Source: an uncultured Alphaproteobacteria bacterium | Lineage (GTDB): Bacteria; Pseudomonadota; Alphaproteobacteria; GCA-002720895 | Direction of reading: 5' to 3' | NCBI GenBank assembly: GCA_902607475.1 | Contig: CACLKH010000003.1 | Coordinates: 521-64,520, forward strand | DNA length: 64,000 bases | Part shown: one piece after another, positions 49,887-60,423 of the stretch | How positions within the stretch are numbered: position 1 is the first letter of the stretch | Layout: each line of letters begins with the position of its first letter | Notes under the pieces: model-generated | What the model was told of the DNA's origin: nothing | Database searches by the model: none | What the model saw: only the letters and a program-made list of their open reading frames with translations | Made by a program: the position numbers and the translations under genes

Positions 49887-50633
49887 ATGAATTCAATAAA
49901 CAACAATTTAGATGGATGGTTAGTTATTAATAAAGATTTGGGAATGACTTCAAGAGAAGTTGTTAATATTATAAAGAAAACTTTAAATGTAAAAAAAATT
50001 GGCCATGCTGGAACTTTAGATCCTTTAGCAACAGGAGTTCTAGCTCTTGCAGTAGGAAGAGCAACAAAAACAGTAAAATATATAATGGATGGAATAAAAA
50101 AATATAGTTTTACCATTAAATGGGGAATTTCAACTGATACTCAAGATATTGAAGGTAAAATTATCTCAAAATCAAATAAGAAGCCTGACAAAATTAAACT
50201 AAAGTTTATTTTAAAAAATTTAGTTGGTACAATAGATCAAATCCCACCAAAATTTTCTGCAATAAAAGTTAATGGTAGAAGAGCTTATGACTTGGCAAGA
50301 AATGGTAAAAAATTTACTTTAAAATCACGAAAAGTTTTTTTAAAAAATATTAAATTAATTAAAAAAAATGAAAAAAAAAAGATAGATTGTACAAGTTTTG
50401 AAATTGAATGTGGAAAAGGTTTTTATGTAAGAAGCTTAGTTAGGGATATTTGTAAAAAATTGAATGTAGACGGTCATGTAATTAAGTTAAAAAGAATAGA
50501 ATCAGAACCTTTTAATTTAAAAAGTTCTATATCCATTGAAGATTTTTTGAAATTATATGAAAAGAATGATTGGAAAAATTTTCTTTTACCTATATATTCT
50601 GTTTTAAATAAAATTAAATATGTTGGAAAATAA
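49887..50633 (+). CDS. truB: tRNA pseudouridine55 synthase (short form; the C-terminal PUA domain appears reduced or absent)
   Basis: 248 aa; GWLVINKDLGMTS...KKIGHAGTLDPLATGVL (catalytic Asp in GTLDP). Confidence 0.85.
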   Translation: MNSINNNLDGWLVINKDLGMTSREVVNIIKKTLNVKKIGHAGTLDPLATGVLALAVGRATKTVKYIMDGIKKYSFTIKWGISTDTQDIEGKIISKSNKKPDKIKLKFILKNLVGTIDQIPPKFSAIKVNGRRAYDLARNGKKFTLKSRKVFLKNIKLIKKNEKKKIDCTSFEIECGKGFYVRSLVRDICKKLNVDGHVIKLKRIESEPFNLKSSISIEDFLKLYEKNDWKNFLLPIYSVLNKIKYVGK

Positions 50634-50889
50634 TTTAAGTAAAGATAAAATCATTGGTGAATTTCAGAAAAAAGCAAAAGATACAGGTTCTTCTGAAGTT
50701 CAAATAGCATTATTAACAAATAGAATAAATTATTTAACTGAACATTTTAAGAAAAATAGAAAAGATAATCACTCAAGAGAAGGTATGATTAAATTAATTA
50801 GTAGAAGAAGAAGGTTAATAGCATATTTAAAAAAAAAGGATTTTAAAAAATACGAGGAAATAATAAAAAAACTCAACTTACGTAAATAA
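50620..50889 (+). CDS. rpsO: 30S ribosomal protein S15
   Basis: 89 aa; ...[42 protein letters not shown]-like pattern. Confidence 0.95.
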   Translation: MLENNLSKDKIIGEFQKKAKDTGSSEVQIALLTNRINYLTEHFKKNRKDNHSREGMIKLISRRRRLIAYLKKKDFKKYEEIIKKLNLRK

Positions 50890-50894
50890 TATTA

Positions 50895-53036
50895 GTGTTT
50901 GACATCATAAAAAAAGAAATTCAATGGGGCGGTAAAAAACTAGTTCTTGAAACAGGTAGAATAGCAAGACAAGCAAGTGGAGCAGTCTTAGCTACATATG
51001 GTGAAACTACCATTTTATGTACAGTGGTTGCATCTAAAGAACCTAGGGAAGATGTAGATTTTTTACCATTAACAGTAAGTTATCAAGAAAAAACATTTGC
51101 AGCTGGAAAAATACCGGGCGGTTTTTTTAAAAGAGAAGCAAGGCCATCGGATAAAGAAACATTAATATCTAGGTTAATTGATAGACCTATTAGGCCTTTA
51201 TTTCCTGAGAATTATTTTAATGAAACACAGATTATATGTACTTTATTAAATTTAGACCAAGATACTAGCCCAGACATAGTTGCTTTCGTAGGCGCTGCTG
51301 CTGCTTTAGCATTATCTGGAGCACCTATTAAATCAACTGTTGCTGCTGCTAAAGTAGGATACATTGATAAAAAATTTGTTTTAAACCCATCTAATTCTCA
51401 ACTTGAAAATTCTGATTTAAATTTAGTTGTTGCAGGTACAAAAGATGGAGTATTAATGGTTGAATCAGAAGTAAAGGAGTTGTCAGAAAAAACAATGCTA
51501 GACGCAGTCATGTTTGCGCATAAAGAATTTCAAGATGTAATAAAATTTATTGAAACTTTTGCAAAAGGTAAAAAAATATCTGAAATAAAATATAAAGATG
51601 AAAATGTAGATAAAAATTTAAAAGATTTATTTAATAATATTGAAAAAAAATATAAAGATAAATTTGTTAAAGCTTATAAAGAAAAAGATAAATCAATTAG
51701 ATCAGATACACTATCTGAAATTAGAAAAAATATTATCGATGAATTTGTTATAGAAGATAATGAAAAAATTACAGAAAATTTAGTTTCTTCTGCAACAAAA
51801 AAAGTAGAAAAAGAATTAGTTAGATCTAGTATTTTAAAGACTGGAAAAAGGATTGATGAAAGAGATACTAAAACTGTTAGACCAATTAAAGCTGAAGTTG
51901 GTGTACTTAGCAGAGTTCATGGAAGTTCACTTTTTACAAGAGGCGAAACTCAGGCATTAGTTGTAACTACATTAGGAACAGGTTTAGATGAACAAATAAT
52001 AGATGATTTAGAAGGAGAGTATAAAGAGAGATTTATGTTGCATTATAATTTTCCACCATATTCTGTTGGTGAAGCTAGTATGCTTAGGGGGCCTGGTAGA
52101 CGTGAGATTGGTCATGGCAAATTAGCATGGAGAGCAATTAAACCACTTATGCCAATTAAAGATAAATTTCCTTATACAATTAGAGTGGTTTCTGAAATTA
52201 CAGAATCTAACGGATCTTCATCTATGGCAACTGTTTGCGGAACTTCATTATCATTAATGGATGCAGGAGTTCCATTAGAAAAACCTATAGCAGGAATTGC
52301 TATGGGATTAATTAAAGAAAAAGAGGATTATGCTATTCTTTCAGATATATTGGGAGATGAAGATCATTTGGGTGATATGGATTTTAAAGTTGCTGGAACA
52401 AAAGATGGAATTACTGCACTTCAAATGGATATAAAAATCACAAGTATAACTAAAGAAATTATGGAAAAAGCGCTCGCCCAAGCTTTAGATGGAAGAATTA
52501 AAATTTTATCCGAAATGGACAAAGCAATTACTTCATCGCGTAAAGAATTAAATAGCAATGCTCCACAAATAGAAGTTATAAAAATAGACCCATCGAAAAT
52601 TAAAGATGTGATTGGATCTGGCGGGAAAGTTATAAAATCTATAACTGAAGAAACAGGAGCTAAGATTGACATAGAAGATGATGGTACTATAAAAATAGCA
52701 TCTAGTGATGCAGAAGGTGGAAAGCTGGCTTTAGAAAAAATTGAAAATATTACTGCAGAGCCAGAATTAGATGAAATTTATACTGGCACTGTTGTGAAAA
52801 TTATGGATTTTGGTGCATTTGTTAATTTTATGGGTTCAAAAGATGGATTGGTTCATATATCTGAATTATCGGATAAAAGAGTTGCAAAAACAACAGATGT
52901 TGTCAAAGAAGGAGATAAAGTTACAGTAAAAGTTATAGGGTTTGATAATAGAGGAAAAATTAAATTAAGTATGAAAGATCTCGAACAAAAGAAAGATCTC
53001 AAACAAAAGACAGAGAAGAATTTCAATAGGGCTTAA
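50895..53036 (+). CDS. pnp: polynucleotide phosphorylase
   Basis: 713 aa; two RNase PH domains, KH and S1 domains ([15 protein letters not shown]). Confidence 0.97.
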   Translation: MFDIIKKEIQWGGKKLVLETGRIARQASGAVLATYGETTILCTVVASKEPREDVDFLPLTVSYQEKTFAAGKIPGGFFKREARPSDKETLISRLIDRPIRPLFPENYFNETQIICTLLNLDQDTSPDIVAFVGAAAALALSGAPIKSTVAAAKVGYIDKKFVLNPSNSQLENSDLNLVVAGTKDGVLMVESEVKELSEKTMLDAVMFAHKEFQDVIKFIETFAKGKKISEIKYKDENVDKNLKDLFNNIEKKYKDKFVKAYKEKDKSIRSDTLSEIRKNIIDEFVIEDNEKITENLVSSATKKVEKELVRSSILKTGKRIDERDTKTVRPIKAEVGVLSRVHGSSLFTRGETQALVVTTLGTGLDEQIIDDLEGEYKERFMLHYNFPPYSVGEASMLRGPGRREIGHGKLAWRAIKPLMPIKDKFPYTIRVVSEITESNGSSSMATVCGTSLSLMDAGVPLEKPIAGIAMGLIKEKEDYAILSDILGDEDHLGDMDFKVAGTKDGITALQMDIKITSITKEIMEKALAQALDGRIKILSEMDKAITSSRKELNSNAPQIEVIKIDPSKIKDVIGSGGKVIKSITEETGAKIDIEDDGTIKIASSDAEGGKLALEKIENITAEPELDEIYTGTVVKIMDFGAFVNFMGSKDGLVHISELSDKRVAKTTDVVKEGDKVTVKVIGFDNRGKIKLSMKDLEQKKDLKQKTEKNFNRA

Positions 53037-53037
53037 A

Positions 53038-53544
53038 TTGCAAAAAAATAATTATTCATATAAAGAATTAATTGAATGTGCAAAAGGAAAACTTTTTGGA
53101 GAAGGAAATGCAAAATTACCACTTCCCCCTATGTTAATGATGGATAGAATTGTAAAAATTACAAAAGATGGAGGGATGTATAATAAAGGCGAGATTATTG
53201 CAGAATTGGATATTAAACCTACATTATGGTTTTTTGATTGTCATTTTAAAAAAGATCCTGTAATGCCAGGATGTTTGGGTTTAGATGCATTATGGCAATT
53301 AGTAGGTTTTTTTTTAGGTTGGCTTGGAGCACATGGAAAAGGAAGAGCACTAGGAGTTGGAGAAGTTAAATTTTCAGGAGAAGTATTAGAATTTGCAAAA
53401 AAAGTAAAATATACACTGCATATAAAAAGAGTAATTATAAAAAGATTGGCACTTGCAATTGCAGATGGCATTATGTCTGTAGATGGAAAAAATATTTATA
53501 GTGCAAAAGATCTTAAAGTGGGTCTTTTTAAATCAGAAAAATAA
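53038..53544 (+). CDS. fabA: 3-hydroxydecanoyl-ACP dehydratase/isomerase
   Basis: 168 aa; [15 protein letters not shown]...[24 protein letters not shown] is the FabA active-site region; starts 1 nt after the pnp stop. Confidence 0.9.
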   Translation: MQKNNYSYKELIECAKGKLFGEGNAKLPLPPMLMMDRIVKITKDGGMYNKGEIIAELDIKPTLWFFDCHFKKDPVMPGCLGLDALWQLVGFFLGWLGAHGKGRALGVGEVKFSGEVLEFAKKVKYTLHIKRVIIKRLALAIADGIMSVDGKNIYSAKDLKVGLFKSEK

Positions 53545-53559
53545 AATCGAGGTTCTCAA

Positions 53560-55605
53560 TTGAAAAGAGTTGTTGTAACAGGAATTGGCATAGTTTCATG
53601 CATCGGGAATACAATTAAAGATGTAACAGATTCACTATATAATGCTAAACCAGGAATAACTTTTAGTAAGGAACATGAAGAACTCGGTTTTAGAAGCCAT
53701 GTTTACGGTAAACCTGAAATTAATTTAGAAGAAAAAATAGATCGTAGAGTATTAAGATTTATGGGAGATGGTGCTGCTTTCAACCATATTGCAATGGAGG
53801 ATGCAATTAAAGATGCGAATTTATCTGACGAACGAGTTTCAAATGTTGATACAGGAATAATTATGGGATCAGGTGGTCCATCAACAAAGAATATAGTTGA
53901 AGCGGCAGAAATTTTAAAAAAAGAAAAAAGTAGCAAAAAAATAGGTCCTTTCAGGGTACCTAGAGCAATGAGTAGCACTAATTCTGCAACTTTAGCAACA
54001 ACCTTTAAAATTAAAGGTGTAAATTATTCAATCAGCTCAGCTTGTTCTACAAGCGCGCATTGTATTGGTAATGCTTACGAGCTTATTCAAATTGGAAAAC
54101 AAAAAATAATTTTTGCAGGTGGAGGAGAAGAATTAGACCCAACTTTATCTGTATTATTTGATGCTATGGGAGCTTTATCATCAAAATATAATTCAGAACC
54201 TGGAAAATCATCGCGTGCATATGATAAAGATAGAGATGGTTTTATTATTTCAGGAGGAGCGGGAGTTTTAATATTGGAAGAACTAGAAAGTGCCTTGAAA
54301 AGATCTGCAAAAATTTATGCTGAAATTGTTGGATATGGTGCAAATTCAGATGGATATGATATGGTTCAACCATCTGGTGAGGGCGCTGTAAGGTGCATGA
54401 AGCAGTCATTAAATAATTTAAATTTAAAAATTGATTATATTAATACACACGGAACAAGTACTCCAATTGGAGATATTAAAGAAATTGAAGCAATGAAAGA
54501 GTTGTTCAAAGAAGACATGCCGCCTTTTAGTTCAACCAAATCATTAACAGGGCATTCTCTTGGCGGAACGGGCGTCCAAGAAGCCATTTATTCGATTTTA
54601 ATGATGAATAATAATTTTATTACTAAATCTGCAAATATTGAAAATTTAGATTCTGAAGTAGAAGGTTTACCTATTGTATTGGAAACAAAAAAAGATTGTG
54701 ACTTTAATACATTATTAAGTAATAGTTTTGGTTTTGGTGGTACAAACGCCTCTTTAGTTTTTAAAAAATTTGATAGTGAAGAAAAAAATAATTTTGTTCA
54801 AAAAAAAGTTGATATTCAAAATGAATTTGAAGATAAAAAAGGAATTATATTTGGAGTAGCAAATGACCACTCATGTGCTTGGGGTATAGCTAATGATTTA
54901 TTAGAAAAAGGAGCAGAGCTATGTGTTACTTACCAAAATGATTTATTAAAAAAAAGAGTAGAAGATTTATGTAAATCAAAAAATGTTAAACATATTTTAA
55001 AATGTGATGTTTCTGATTCAAAAGATATTGATACTTTATATCAAAAAATAAAGAATGAGTGGGGTGAGATAGATTTTATTGTTCATTCTATTGCTTATTC
55101 AGATAAAAATGAATTATCAGGAGAATATTTAAATACTTCTAAAAATAACTTTTTAAATACAATGTTAGTTTCTTGTTATTCTTTTACTGAAATAGTACAG
55201 AAATTTTCAGATATAATTAATGATAATGGATCCTTACTAACTTTATCATATTTTGGATCTCAAAAAGTAATACCTAATTATAATGTAATGGGTGTAGCAA
55301 AGGCAGCGCTTGAAACAAGCATTAAATACTTAGCGGTAGATTTAGGAAAAAAAAAAATTAGAGTTAATTGCATTTCTCTTGGACCAATGAGAACATTATC
55401 AGGTGCAGCTATTAAAGATGCTAGATATATATATAATTGGACAGAAAAAAATAGTCCTCTAGGTAAAAGTATTAATTTTGAAGATTTATCAGGATCAAGT
55501 AGTTATTTATTAAGTAGCAAATCTAGCGGTGTTACAGGTGAAATTCACTATGTTGACGCTGGATATAATGTTATAGGTATGATAAAACCACCGGAAAAAA
55601 CTTGA
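53560..55605 (+). CDS. fabB-fabI: fused 3-oxoacyl-ACP synthase I (FabB, residues about 1-405) and enoyl-ACP reductase (FabI, residues about 425-681) in one reading frame
   Basis: N-domain: [13 protein letters not shown]...[11 protein letters not shown] (active Cys)...[11 protein letters not shown]...HSLGGTG...[12 protein letters not shown]. About 20-aa linker [23 protein letters not shown] with no stop. C-domain: [20 protein letters not shown]...[13 protein letters not shown] (Y-x6-K), an SDR FabI. Confidence 0.8.
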   Translation: MKRVVVTGIGIVSCIGNTIKDVTDSLYNAKPGITFSKEHEELGFRSHVYGKPEINLEEKIDRRVLRFMGDGAAFNHIAMEDAIKDANLSDERVSNVDTGIIMGSGGPSTKNIVEAAEILKKEKSSKKIGPFRVPRAMSSTNSATLATTFKIKGVNYSISSACSTSAHCIGNAYELIQIGKQKIIFAGGGEELDPTLSVLFDAMGALSSKYNSEPGKSSRAYDKDRDGFIISGGAGVLILEELESALKRSAKIYAEIVGYGANSDGYDMVQPSGEGAVRCMKQSLNNLNLKIDYINTHGTSTPIGDIKEIEAMKELFKEDMPPFSSTKSLTGHSLGGTGVQEAIYSILMMNNNFITKSANIENLDSEVEGLPIVLETKKDCDFNTLLSNSFGFGGTNASLVFKKFDSEEKNNFVQKKVDIQNEFEDKKGIIFGVANDHSCAWGIANDLLEKGAELCVTYQNDLLKKRVEDLCKSKNVKHILKCDVSDSKDIDTLYQKIKNEWGEIDFIVHSIAYSDKNELSGEYLNTSKNNFLNTMLVSCYSFTEIVQKFSDIINDNGSLLTLSYFGSQKVIPNYNVMGVAKAALETSIKYLAVDLGKKKIRVNCISLGPMRTLSGAAIKDARYIYNWTEKNSPLGKSINFEDLSGSSSYLLSSKSSGVTGEIHYVDAGYNVIGMIKPPEKT

Positions 55606-55638
55606 AAATTTTATTTAACTAACTTAATTTAAGTTTAT

Positions 55639-56055
55639 ATGACAACAGAAACTAAAAATAATTTTTATTCTTTTTTGAAAGAAAATGGTTTAAAACCTAC
55701 ATCTCAAAGAAATTTAGTTGTAAAACAACTTTTAAATGGAAAAGATAGACATTTTACAGCAGAAAATTTGTATGATGAAATGAGGTTAAAGAAAATAAAT
55801 ATTTCTTTAGCAACTATTTATAATACTCTTCATAGCTTTGTGGAAAAAAAAATTTTAAAACTTATTTCTGTCAAAGAAGGTAAAACAATTTTTTGTACTA
55901 ATATGAAAAACCATTACCATTTTTTTAATCCAAAAACTGGAAAATTAACTGATATACCTTACGAAAAAATAAAAATTAAAAAATTACCAAAACCACCAAA
56001 AGGAACCAAGATAGATAATATTGAAATTACAATTAACTTAAATACAAAGAGTTAG
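55639..56055 (+). CDS. irr: Fur-family regulator, Irr-like (iron response regulator)
   Basis: 138 aa; winged helix PTSQRNLVVKQLL...ISLATIYNTLHSF; HYHFF His motif; sits next to fabA-fabB-fabI as irr does in Rhizobiales. Confidence 0.65.
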   Translation: MTTETKNNFYSFLKENGLKPTSQRNLVVKQLLNGKDRHFTAENLYDEMRLKKINISLATIYNTLHSFVEKKILKLISVKEGKTIFCTNMKNHYHFFNPKTGKLTDIPYEKIKIKKLPKPPKGTKIDNIEITINLNTKS

Positions 56056-56507
56056 TCTTTTTTTATTCCCCACAAATATTTTTTTTCTATCCAACCTCTA
56101 TAAGGTTTAATTTTTACTTTACAAAATATTTCATCGCAATTTATAATTTTTCCAACTACACCTTTTTTAACAATCGCATTCACAATATTATTATTATCTT
56201 TGTATTTAAATAAATTTTGTTCTTTATTATTTATAAAAGTTTTTTTATTTGAAATCATACTTGTATGAATCCAACCTTCTGTACCTTCTATATCTCTTAC
56301 TTTTTTCCAAACATCATATTTATCAATTATTAAAATTGGTAAATTTTTTTTTTGATAAATAAACTTAATTGGTGCATCGAAACTTGCATTCCATCTTAAA
56401 TACACTCTATCCTTTTTTAATGAAGCATATTTTGGTTCAATAGGATAAATGATTGAATAAACATTTATTGGCATGATTAAAAAAAGTAAAAAAAATATTT
56501 TTTTCAT
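56052..56507 (-). CDS. secreted SH3b-like (DUF1058-type) domain protein
   Basis: 151 aa; signal peptide; ...VRDIEGTEGWIHTSM... resembles the bacterial SH3-like fold. Confidence 0.5.
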   Translation of the reverse strand: MKKIFFLLFLIMPINVYSIIYPIEPKYASLKKDRVYLRWNASFDAPIKFIYQKKNLPILIIDKYDVWKKVRDIEGTEGWIHTSMISNKKTFINNKEQNLFKYKDNNNIVNAIVKKGVVGKIINCDEIFCKVKIKPYRGWIEKKYLWGIKKD

Positions 56508-56508
56508 A

Positions 56509-57273
56509 TTAATTACATATGATGCATTTTTTATTTTTTTTAAACTTTATTTTTTTAAATCTGTTAAAAAGTAAATCTATAATAATTAATTCCCCAACTA
56601 AATTTTTTCCTATTCCAAGGATATCTTTTATTACTTCAACAGATTGCAATGATCCAGCAATTCCAGCGATTCCACCCACAATTCCACAATCTTGGTAAGT
56701 TTCACCAAGAATATTTTTAGTTAGTTGAGGAAACATGCATCTATAGCAAGGATTATTTTCTGATTTTATCCACCCTTTTATAGTTGTTATTTGAGCCTCG
56801 AAACCTCTCAATGCTGCAGATATTAGAGTTTTTTTATTTTTTACACAACTATCATTAATCAAATATTTAGTTTGAAAATTATCGGATCCATCAACAATCA
56901 CGTCATAATTTTTTATAATTTTATCTATATTTATTTTGGTTATTTTCTTTTTGTAAATATTAATTTTTAATTTTGGGTTCATTAATAATAATTTTTTTTT
57001 TGCAATTTCTACTTTAGATTTATTAATACTTTTTTGGTCAAAAAGCACCTGTCTTTGTAGATTTGAAATCTCAACATTATCAAAATCTGCGATACCAAGA
57101 GTACCTATGCCTGCAGAGGCTAGATACATGGAAACAGGAGAACCTAAACCTCCCATGCCTAAAATAAAAACTTTGGATATCAATAATTTTTTTTGTCCAT
57201 CAATACCTATATTTTTTAGAATAATCTGATGAGCGTATCTTTGAATATCTTTTTCACTTAATGTTTTTAACAT
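56509..57273 (-). CDS. moeB: ThiF/MoeB-family E1-like adenylyltransferase (sulfur-carrier protein activating)
   Basis: 254 aa; GMGGLGSPVSMYLASAGIGTLGIADFDNVEISNLQRQ; C-terminal CxxC...CxxC zinc site (CYRC, CIIC). Confidence 0.8.
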   Translation of the reverse strand: MLKTLSEKDIQRYAHQIILKNIGIDGQKKLLISKVFILGMGGLGSPVSMYLASAGIGTLGIADFDNVEISNLQRQVLFDQKSINKSKVEIAKKKLLLMNPKLKINIYKKKITKINIDKIIKNYDVIVDGSDNFQTKYLINDSCVKNKKTLISAALRGFEAQITTIKGWIKSENNPCYRCMFPQLTKNILGETYQDCGIVGGIAGIAGSLQSVEVIKDILGIGKNLVGELIIIDLLFNRFKKIKFKKNKKCIICN

Positions 57274-57278
57274 ATAAA

Positions 57279-58229
57279 TTAACTAAATAATGAAGTTGAT
57301 AAATAACGTTCTGCAAATGAAGGAATAACTACAATTATTTTTTTATTTTTCATTTCCTTTCTCTGAGCAACTTCAATTCCGGCAGCAAGCGCTGCTCCTG
57401 AAGAAATACCAATTGGTAGGCCTTCTGTTTTTGCAGCCATTTTTGCTGTAGAAAAAGCAGTTTCGTTAGCAATTTGTATTATTTCATCTATTGATTTTTT
57501 ATTAAGAATCTTAGGTATAAATCCTGCGCCAATACCTTGAATTTTATGAGGTCCAGCAGAACCCCCAGAAATAACAGGACTATCTTCTGGTTCTACTGCA
57601 ATAATTTTTATTTTTTTATTCTTTTTTTTCAATATTTTACTTACACCTGATAGAGTACCACCTGTCCCAACACCCATTACTACTGCATCCAGATTGTTAT
57701 TTGTGTCATTTAAAATTTCTATAGCTGTTGTTTTTTCATGTATTTCAGGATTTGCAAAATTTTCAAATTGTTGGGGCATAAATGAGTTATTATTTTTTTT
57801 TTTTATTTCTAATGCTTTTCCTATAGCTCCTTTCATACCTTTTTCTGCAGGTGTTAATACAAGTTTTGCACCAAGAAGGATTAGCATTTTTCTTCTTTCA
57901 ACAGACATTGATTCTGGCATTGTTAAAATAAGTTTGTATCCTTTTGCAGCACAAACAAATGCTAAACTTATACCTGTATTTCCTGAAGTAGGTTCAACAA
58001 TTAAAGTTGTTTTATTTACTAATCCCATTTTTTCTCCTTTTTCAATCATTGCTAAACCAATTCTGTCTTTTACAGAAGACAATGGGTTAAAAAACTCAAG
58101 TTTACATATAAGTTCTCCACAACAATTATATTTTTTTGATATTCTAGGAATTTTTATTAAAGGAGTATTTCCAATTGTCTCTAGAATACTATTGTAAATT
58201 TTATTTCTTATAGTTTTAAATTTTTTCAT
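57279..58229 (-). CDS. cysK: cysteine synthase A (O-acetylserine sulfhydrylase, PLP)
   Basis: 316 aa; IGNTPLIKI, PLSSVKDRIG (PLP Lys), GTGGT loop. Confidence 0.9.
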   Translation of the reverse strand: MKKFKTIRNKIYNSILETIGNTPLIKIPRISKKYNCCGELICKLEFFNPLSSVKDRIGLAMIEKGEKMGLVNKTTLIVEPTSGNTGISLAFVCAAKGYKLILTMPESMSVERRKMLILLGAKLVLTPAEKGMKGAIGKALEIKKKNNNSFMPQQFENFANPEIHEKTTAIEILNDTNNNLDAVVMGVGTGGTLSGVSKILKKKNKKIKIIAVEPEDSPVISGGSAGPHKIQGIGAGFIPKILNKKSIDEIIQIANETAFSTAKMAAKTEGLPIGISSGAALAAGIEVAQRKEMKNKKIIVVIPSFAERYLSTSLFS

Positions 58230-58232
58230 TAC

Positions 58233-58673
58233 TTAAATTGTAAAATCTATTTTTTTTTTATTAATATTAATTTTCGTTTCATCAATATTTTTATACAAAT
58301 CATGAATACTAGTTAATTTAAAAGAATTTATAATTTCGTTTGTAATATTTTTCATAAAAGGATTTATAATTTTAAATCTCATTTGTGTAGCAACTTCTTC
58401 TTTTTTATTTTTTTCGATTGTTAAAACTGCATTATAAATATCAATAAGAAGTATATTTCTTTTTTCCCTACCAAGAGCATAACCTCCATTTGGTCCTCTT
58501 GTACCCTTTAATATTTTTTGTCGAACTAATTCTTGTAAAATTTTTTCTAAGTACCTCGAAGGTATACCTTGCCTTTTTGTTATTTCTTTAGCACTTGCTG
58601 GAGCATGAGAAGAATGAATAGATATATCAAGCACAGCCTCGACTGCATGTAGAAATTTTTTATTAATAATCAT
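58233..58673 (-). CDS. Rrf2-family transcriptional regulator, cysteine-free (CymR-like rather than IscR-like)
   Basis: 146 aa; wHTH ...ASAKEITKRQGIPSRYLEKILQELVRQKILKGTRGPNGGYAL; contains no Cys, so it cannot ligate an Fe-S cluster; 3 nt from cysK. Confidence 0.8.
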   Translation of the reverse strand: MIINKKFLHAVEAVLDISIHSSHAPASAKEITKRQGIPSRYLEKILQELVRQKILKGTRGPNGGYALGREKRNILLIDIYNAVLTIEKNKKEEVATQMRFKIINPFMKNITNEIINSFKLTSIHDLYKNIDETKININKKKIDFTI

Positions 58674-58691
58674 ATTTTTATTTTTATTTTT

Positions 58692-59138
58692 TTATAAACC
58701 TGTTGATCCTAAACCCAATTCTTTTCTTTTAGTTTTGTGATTTATTTTTTTCTTTTCACTCCATTTTACTTTTTCTATTTTAGAAATTATTAATTGCGCT
58801 ATTCTCATTCCTCTTTCAATTATAAATATTTTTTTTCCATGATTAATTAAAATTATTTTTATTTCTCCCCTATAATCCGCATCAATTGTGCCTGGAGTAT
58901 TAAGAACTGTTATGCCAAAGTTTGCTGCCAAACCAGATCTAGGTCTTACTTGAGCTTCTAAATTTTTTTTTAACCCAATTTTTATACCTGTTGGAATTAT
59001 TACAATTTCACCATTTTTAATTTTTATTTTATTTTTTATTGCAGCATATAAATCTAATCCTGAACAATTTTCAGAGCTATAATTTGGTAAAGGAAGGTCT
59101 TTTCCATGTGACAATCTTTGAATTTCTATATTTATCAT
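58692..59138 (-). CDS. dut: dUTP diphosphatase
   Basis: 148 aa; SGLDL, RPRSGLA, GTIDADYRGEI motifs. Confidence 0.95.
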   Translation of the reverse strand: MINIEIQRLSHGKDLPLPNYSSENCSGLDLYAAIKNKIKIKNGEIVIIPTGIKIGLKKNLEAQVRPRSGLAANFGITVLNTPGTIDADYRGEIKIILINHGKKIFIIERGMRIAQLIISKIEKVKWSEKKKINHKTKRKELGLGSTGL

Positions 59139-59154
59139 TTTATTTTGTAAAAAA

Positions 59155-60354
59155 TTAATTTAAATATAAAGAAACTTCTTGAATAATTTTTTCAGCTATT
59201 TTTTTCTTTGTCATTTTTCCCCATTTTTTTTGATTATTTTTTCCAATTACTGATATTTCATTGAAATCATTACCCATAGGATTAAATTTTTTTGATATCT
59301 TATTAGCAAAGATAAAGTCACAATTTTTATTTATAAGTTTTTTCCTAGCATTATTTATTAAAGAACTTGTTTCAGCTGCAAAACCACAAACTATTTTTGG
59401 TCTACTTTTTTTTAAATTAGAAATCATATGTAAAATATCTTTGTTTTCTGTAAATTTTATTTGTTTAAAAATATTTTCATTTTTTTTGTATTTTTTTTCA
59501 GTTTTATTTATTTTCCAATCAGATACAGCAGCAGTTAAAAAAGCTATATCTATTGAACCATATTTTTTGCATATACTCATACTTTCATTAAACATTTGTT
59601 TTGCTGATTCAACTTTAATTATTTTATTCACTTCAGGCGCTTCAATATTTGTTGGACCAGTTATAAGAATTGTTTCAGCTCCATATGTATAAGCACAATT
59701 TGCAATTTCATATCCTTGTTTTCCGGAAGAAAAATTAGATAAATATCTTACTGGATCTATAGGCTCTATTGTTGGCCCAGCTGTTATTAATATTTTTTTT
59801 CCTTTTATATTTTTTTTTAAAATAAAAAAATTATTAATTTCTTTTTTAATTACTTTAATATCTTCCATTTTTCCAAACCCAATTTCACCACATGCTAAAC
59901 TTCCATTAATTGGGCCAATAATTTTTATTCCTCTAAGTTTTAACTCTTTTATATTTTTTTTGTTTGCTGGATTTTCCCACATCTTTTTATTCATAGCAGG
60001 AACAATAAAAATTTTTTTATTAGAAGCAGCTAATGTTGTTGAGGCCAAATCATCTGCATAACCATTTGATAATTTTGCAATAATATTTGCGCTAGCTGGA
60101 CATACAACTATTAAATCTGAATTTCTTGTTAAATTAATATGTTTCATATGATCTGCAGATTCTTTTTTAGAAAAAATATCAGTATGAATTTCTTTATTTA
60201 TTAACGAAGAAAGAGATAATGGTGTAAGAAATTTTTGTCCTGATTTTGTTAAAATTACATTTATATCAAATTTATTTTTTATAAGATCTTTAAGTAAATC
60301 CAATGACTTATATGCGGAAATACTTCCACTTATTATAAATAATATTTTTTTCAA
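59155..60354 (-). CDS. coaBC: bifunctional phosphopantothenoylcysteine decarboxylase/phosphopantothenate-cysteine ligase
   Basis: 399 aa; flavoprotein N-domain ILFIISGSISAYKS, C-terminal DFP domain. Confidence 0.9.
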   Translation of the reverse strand: MKKILFIISGSISAYKSLDLLKDLIKNKFDINVILTKSGQKFLTPLSLSSLINKEIHTDIFSKKESADHMKHINLTRNSDLIVVCPASANIIAKLSNGYADDLASTTLAASNKKIFIVPAMNKKMWENPANKKNIKELKLRGIKIIGPINGSLACGEIGFGKMEDIKVIKKEINNFFILKKNIKGKKILITAGPTIEPIDPVRYLSNFSSGKQGYEIANCAYTYGAETILITGPTNIEAPEVNKIIKVESAKQMFNESMSICKKYGSIDIAFLTAAVSDWKINKTEKKYKKNENIFKQIKFTENKDILHMISNLKKSRPKIVCGFAAETSSLINNARKKLINKNCDFIFANKISKKFNPMGNDFNEISVIGKNNQKKWGKMTKKKIAEKIIQEVSLYLN

Positions 60355-60423
60355 TACTTTAATTTACTAAATAAATATGTAAATTATAACGATAAATTAA
60401 CAAAATTAAATAATTATGAATTT

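Noticed and set aside
55606-55638. fabB-fabI as two genes with an internal restart
   Set aside because: The only nearby ATG in the linker (54821) is out of frame, and no stop codon separates the domains. On the given sequence the single-ORF reading is the only consistent one. It is kept as a finding with the caveat that a sequencing error is possible.
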